Below, in pieces: positions 60,626 to 64,000 of a DNA stretch of 64,000 bases. A model generated the notes under the pieces. The model was not told the DNA's origin. It was given only the letters and a program-made list of their open reading frames with translations, and did no database searches. Source of the stretch: Camelus ferus (Eukaryota); the NCBI RefSeq assembly GCF_009834535.1, contig NC_045698.1, positions 6,450,001-6,514,000 on the forward strand, written 5' to 3'. Position 1 is the first letter of the stretch, and every line of letters starts with the position of its first letter. Made by a program: the position numbers and the translations under genes.

Positions 60626-63600
60626 TTTGCACTAGGCTGTAAAGTCTTTATCAGGTAGAGACTCTGCTGCATCTTCACTTCCCCAAGCCTAAGCTACTTC
60701 CTGGCATGAGATAGGTTCGATCAATCTTTGAGGAAAGAGTCGTGAAAGAGTAACTACATGAACTAACGAATTCTGATGGACCCTCTGTGGGTCTGGCTGG
60801 GAAAAAGTTCTCTGCACTCAGAACCTGCAGCGCACACACTCAAAGTAAAGAAGCTGGTTAATTTTGATCACACTCCGTTGTTGACTCACTGATGGAATAT
60901 GGGGAAAGGGCAAGCTATACGTGTATTTATAACTAAGTAAGTATTCTCGCAGACTTGTCTTCTCCCCACCTCCAGCAGAGACACAAATGCAGAGATTACT
61001 TTGCTTTTTGTAACAGCAAAAGGAACACAATGGTTGGAAGTCTTAAAGCTCACACTCTGGGACCACCTTCCGGCCCACTGGATCAGCGCAGCTGGAAGGA
61101 GGGGCAGAGGCAGCTTAATGCTAATGAACACCCTCCCCCCCAAGTGCCACCATGATACTTAGGTGCACTGACTGATGTGTGCTAAATATTCTACAAAAGG
61201 TAACAAAGCAGGAAGACAAAGAATGGCTATTTTTTTAAAAACACAGATTAGGATAATTAATCAAACAGGCCTATTGGAAGAAAGGCAGAAAAAGAAGAAG
61301 ATAAACAAAGAGACTCTTAAGAAGAAAACATACCTATAAATCAAGAGCCAACAGGGAGAAGGAAATAGGTAAACCAAAAAGTACAGGTTTAAAAAGGTTC
61401 CAGGTAGCCTGGGGTAAAAACGAAGAGCAGGAATGAGAGCACCATCCTTCCTTCCATCACCAGCTGCTTTTCCCAAGTCATAATTAATATAAATACAATG
61501 CCAGCACCACCATTACCCGGATTTCTCTTCACGATGGGGGTTTACTGCTTTTTGGATTCACTCCTAATTGCTGATTTCGTTCCACTCAGCATGAGTTACC
61601 TTTAATTGTACAAACTTGACTAAACTGTGTCCTTTGGAAAATGGAAAGAAGTTGTGGCTACTAGAAGCAGAATTACTGATCTCATAGAAATCTCCAGTTT
61701 TCCTTTTAATTATAGACTGCTTCCAACAGATTAGTTCTAAGGTAAAACCTTAAAATAAAAACAGGAATTATAACCACCAAAAAAAAAGAGAGAATTATAT
61801 CGGTTAATTTTAGAAGGTGATATTCATATGAACCAATGGCAAAATCACTTTGAAAGGAGGGACTTACACTAATTAAATAGAAGCCTGCCCATTCATTCAG
61901 TGTGATCTCATGGGAATATATGTTGGAATTATTAAAGCAAATTCAGTCCCAGCATAACCAAAAGCAAGGTAATTTTTTCCTTTTTATCTTTATTTTTGTA
62001 GATACAAACCATGGGCAAAACAATAGTTTAAAATAACACCCTAAAATTTTTCAAGACCAGTTTGCTGTGACTGCTGCAAAGACCGAGCTCTGCCTTGAAA
62101 GCGCTCGGTTTTAGTTTCTTTTTTTAGCAGTAAACATGCTGATTAGAAATCTATACTATTTGTCATACAGACAGAGATACAGGAGTAGCTTCCAACATAC
62201 AGAAATGGCCCATTGACTGTAAGGGCATGGTCCATACAAGGCACACGGCTCTGGGCTGGTACTCACATCGGGTCAGGCATCCAGGCAGCCCACGCAGCCC
62301 CATTACACTCTCAATTGGTATCTTCACAGAGTTCCCCTTTAGGGGTGTAATTTTAATAGCGCTAAAATTTGAAATTTCCAAAGGCATACATAAATCCTAT
62401 ACTTTTCATCAATTATGATTTTTATCTGACCCAATTATTGGGTCTTTGAGCTTCAGTGCCATCACTTGAGTCATCAGCAGATGGGTGGACCTCCTGGACT
62501 GTGTGAGAGCTTACAGGTGAGTGTACTTACTACAGTATCACAGGTGGCAAGACTATGCTCTTCAATTATATGTTTATATGACACCGAAGCTTGTTAGAGA
62601 GGAGTAAGATGATCAGAAATCGAGTTACAGGAAGAAGAGAAATGAAAGCCCAAGAGATAAGCAGAAAAGCTGAAAGGAACTCACATTCTGTTTGATGAGA
62701 AGCTCTTTTTTTCATGACTATTGTATGGATTTATGCTTCACAAAAATATGGCTAATGGGTAAATGCCCTGATTATTGTCAGACGTCACTCTGTGTGTGGA
62801 CCAAGTTAGTTGCCATTTGGAATAACATTTGGATTCAGCACTGAGTCACCTGTCATCCATACAACAATAATCCTGATACACTGAAGACAAGCAGATTCAT
62901 TTGGAGGATAGAATGCCGTCATGCTTACATCTGTTGTTACAGTCCTAGGCACAGAAACACTTACACTTGTATCTACTTTGTGAACTATTATTATCATTAC
63001 ATTTATAGTTATCTACGCAAAATCCTCTAGACCTCAATATATTCTTTCATTTGGAATTCATAAAACTTTATAGCAGGGTTTTTTTAACCAAAGAAATATA
63101 CAAATCATCCATAAAATATTATCCCCAAAGTATAAACAAATAGAAATCAAATACTGCAGGGAAATAACTGAAAAGGTTAACTGTGATTATTTCTGAAATT
63201 GTGTTTTTTCTTTAAGCTTTACAGTGTTTTCTCCATTTCCTGAGATGAAAATGCCTGGGTCTCATCATTGAAAACACAAACATTATTGATTTTTAAAGAG
63301 ATGTGGGTAAAACACGAGATGAATATCAACGCTTTTAAGATAATATGAAAGATAATGTGCACCTTGGAAATGGTAAATTTAAGTAATTACCAGAACTTTC
63401 ATGAATTCAGATGCAACTACCTTCTGGTACTACATAACCACAAAGCACCTAAGTGTTTTGTTTTTTGGTTTTTGGTTTTTGTTTTTCCCCAGCAGGAGAG
63501 CTTTTTGCAAAAGCACAAAGAATTTTAAGTGAATTCAATTTCAGGACCATCAAGTATCACTGGTAGAAAGCGCAACCGCCCAATAAACGCCTTTGCCTAA

Positions 63601-64000
63601 TGCTAACCGTGAAGTAACAAGAAGACTACCATTGTATTTTTCCACTGCTCATATATTTAAACCATTACAGATTTCTGAAATAAACACCTGCTATCTAAAC
63701 TTCTTCTGCTAGGTTAAGCCCTCCCAAACAGGAATCTGAGGGCTGAGTTATTTTTAAAGTTTTGTAACTGGCTCACACTCCCTCTCAAACTTTCTGAGCC
63801 CAACCCCACCAAGCATCTTAGGTAAGACTGCTATGCTCTGCGCTCAGTGACACCTGCCTGAAATGCACAGGCATGAGGATGCCAAAGCCCACAGGCATCC
63901 ACACAGCTTCCCCACCACTGCGTGCTTACAGGATGACTGTCGTGTGACAATCCCTTTTCGTGGATTATTTCACAACAGCTGAATGGGGTAGCAATAATTA

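Larger units (their letters stand above)
59590..60745 (+). mobile_element. Fragmented L2 interrupted by MER5B and MER58 insertions
   Basis: Pyrimidine-rich L2-like text ('catctttgacccc', 'tggactccagcacattctgcacact', 'cttcctggcatgagataggttcgatcaat'). Confidence 0.55.

Noticed and set aside
60890..60969. Alternative frame GEKTSLREYLLSYKYTYSLPFPHIPS superficially resembling a PAZ-domain motif
   Set aside because: A 26-residue look-alike with no supporting Argonaute/Piwi/Dicer sequence nearby; the frame choice is arbitrary.
1..64000. Prokaryotic-style systems (CRISPR arrays, operons, defence islands), rRNA/tRNA genes, intact ERV or L1 ORFs
   Set aside because: No regularly spaced repeats, no gene-dense ORFs and no recognisable structural RNA; the sequence is mammalian repeat-rich DNA.

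Overview
This is not microbial DNA. It is repeat-rich placental-mammal genomic sequence, most likely camelid (camel/alpaca/llama), inferred from young L1 3' ends at about 18.6, 20.0-20.7 and 53.6-54.0 kb that match the camelid L1 tail as I recall it. I recognise no known protein-coding gene, rRNA, tRNA or CRISPR array. Nearly all ORFs in the track are chance or repeat-derived; only an L1 ORF2 fragment is recognisable. The window looks like a gene desert or large intron. It holds ancient eutherian repeats (L2, MIR, L3/CR1, old L1M, MLT1, MER21, MER74, LTR16, MER20, MER5, MER58, MER8), a cluster of ERV LTRs at 2.8-8.6 kb, and several repeat-free blocks that look like developmental enhancers. The best-supported oddities are: a 159-bp retrocopied non-repeat sequence with a perfect 18-bp target-site duplication; a perfect 22-bp hairpin inside a MIR; a 5'-inverted (twin-primed) L1; an ERV remnant that retains its polypurine tract; and two tail-to-tail MLT1 LTRs forming a long hairpin. 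A phase-compatible chain of minus-strand exon-like segments is reported as speculative only. I found no convincing evidence of a new biological system. Repeat family names come from memory of consensus sequences, and boundaries are approximate.
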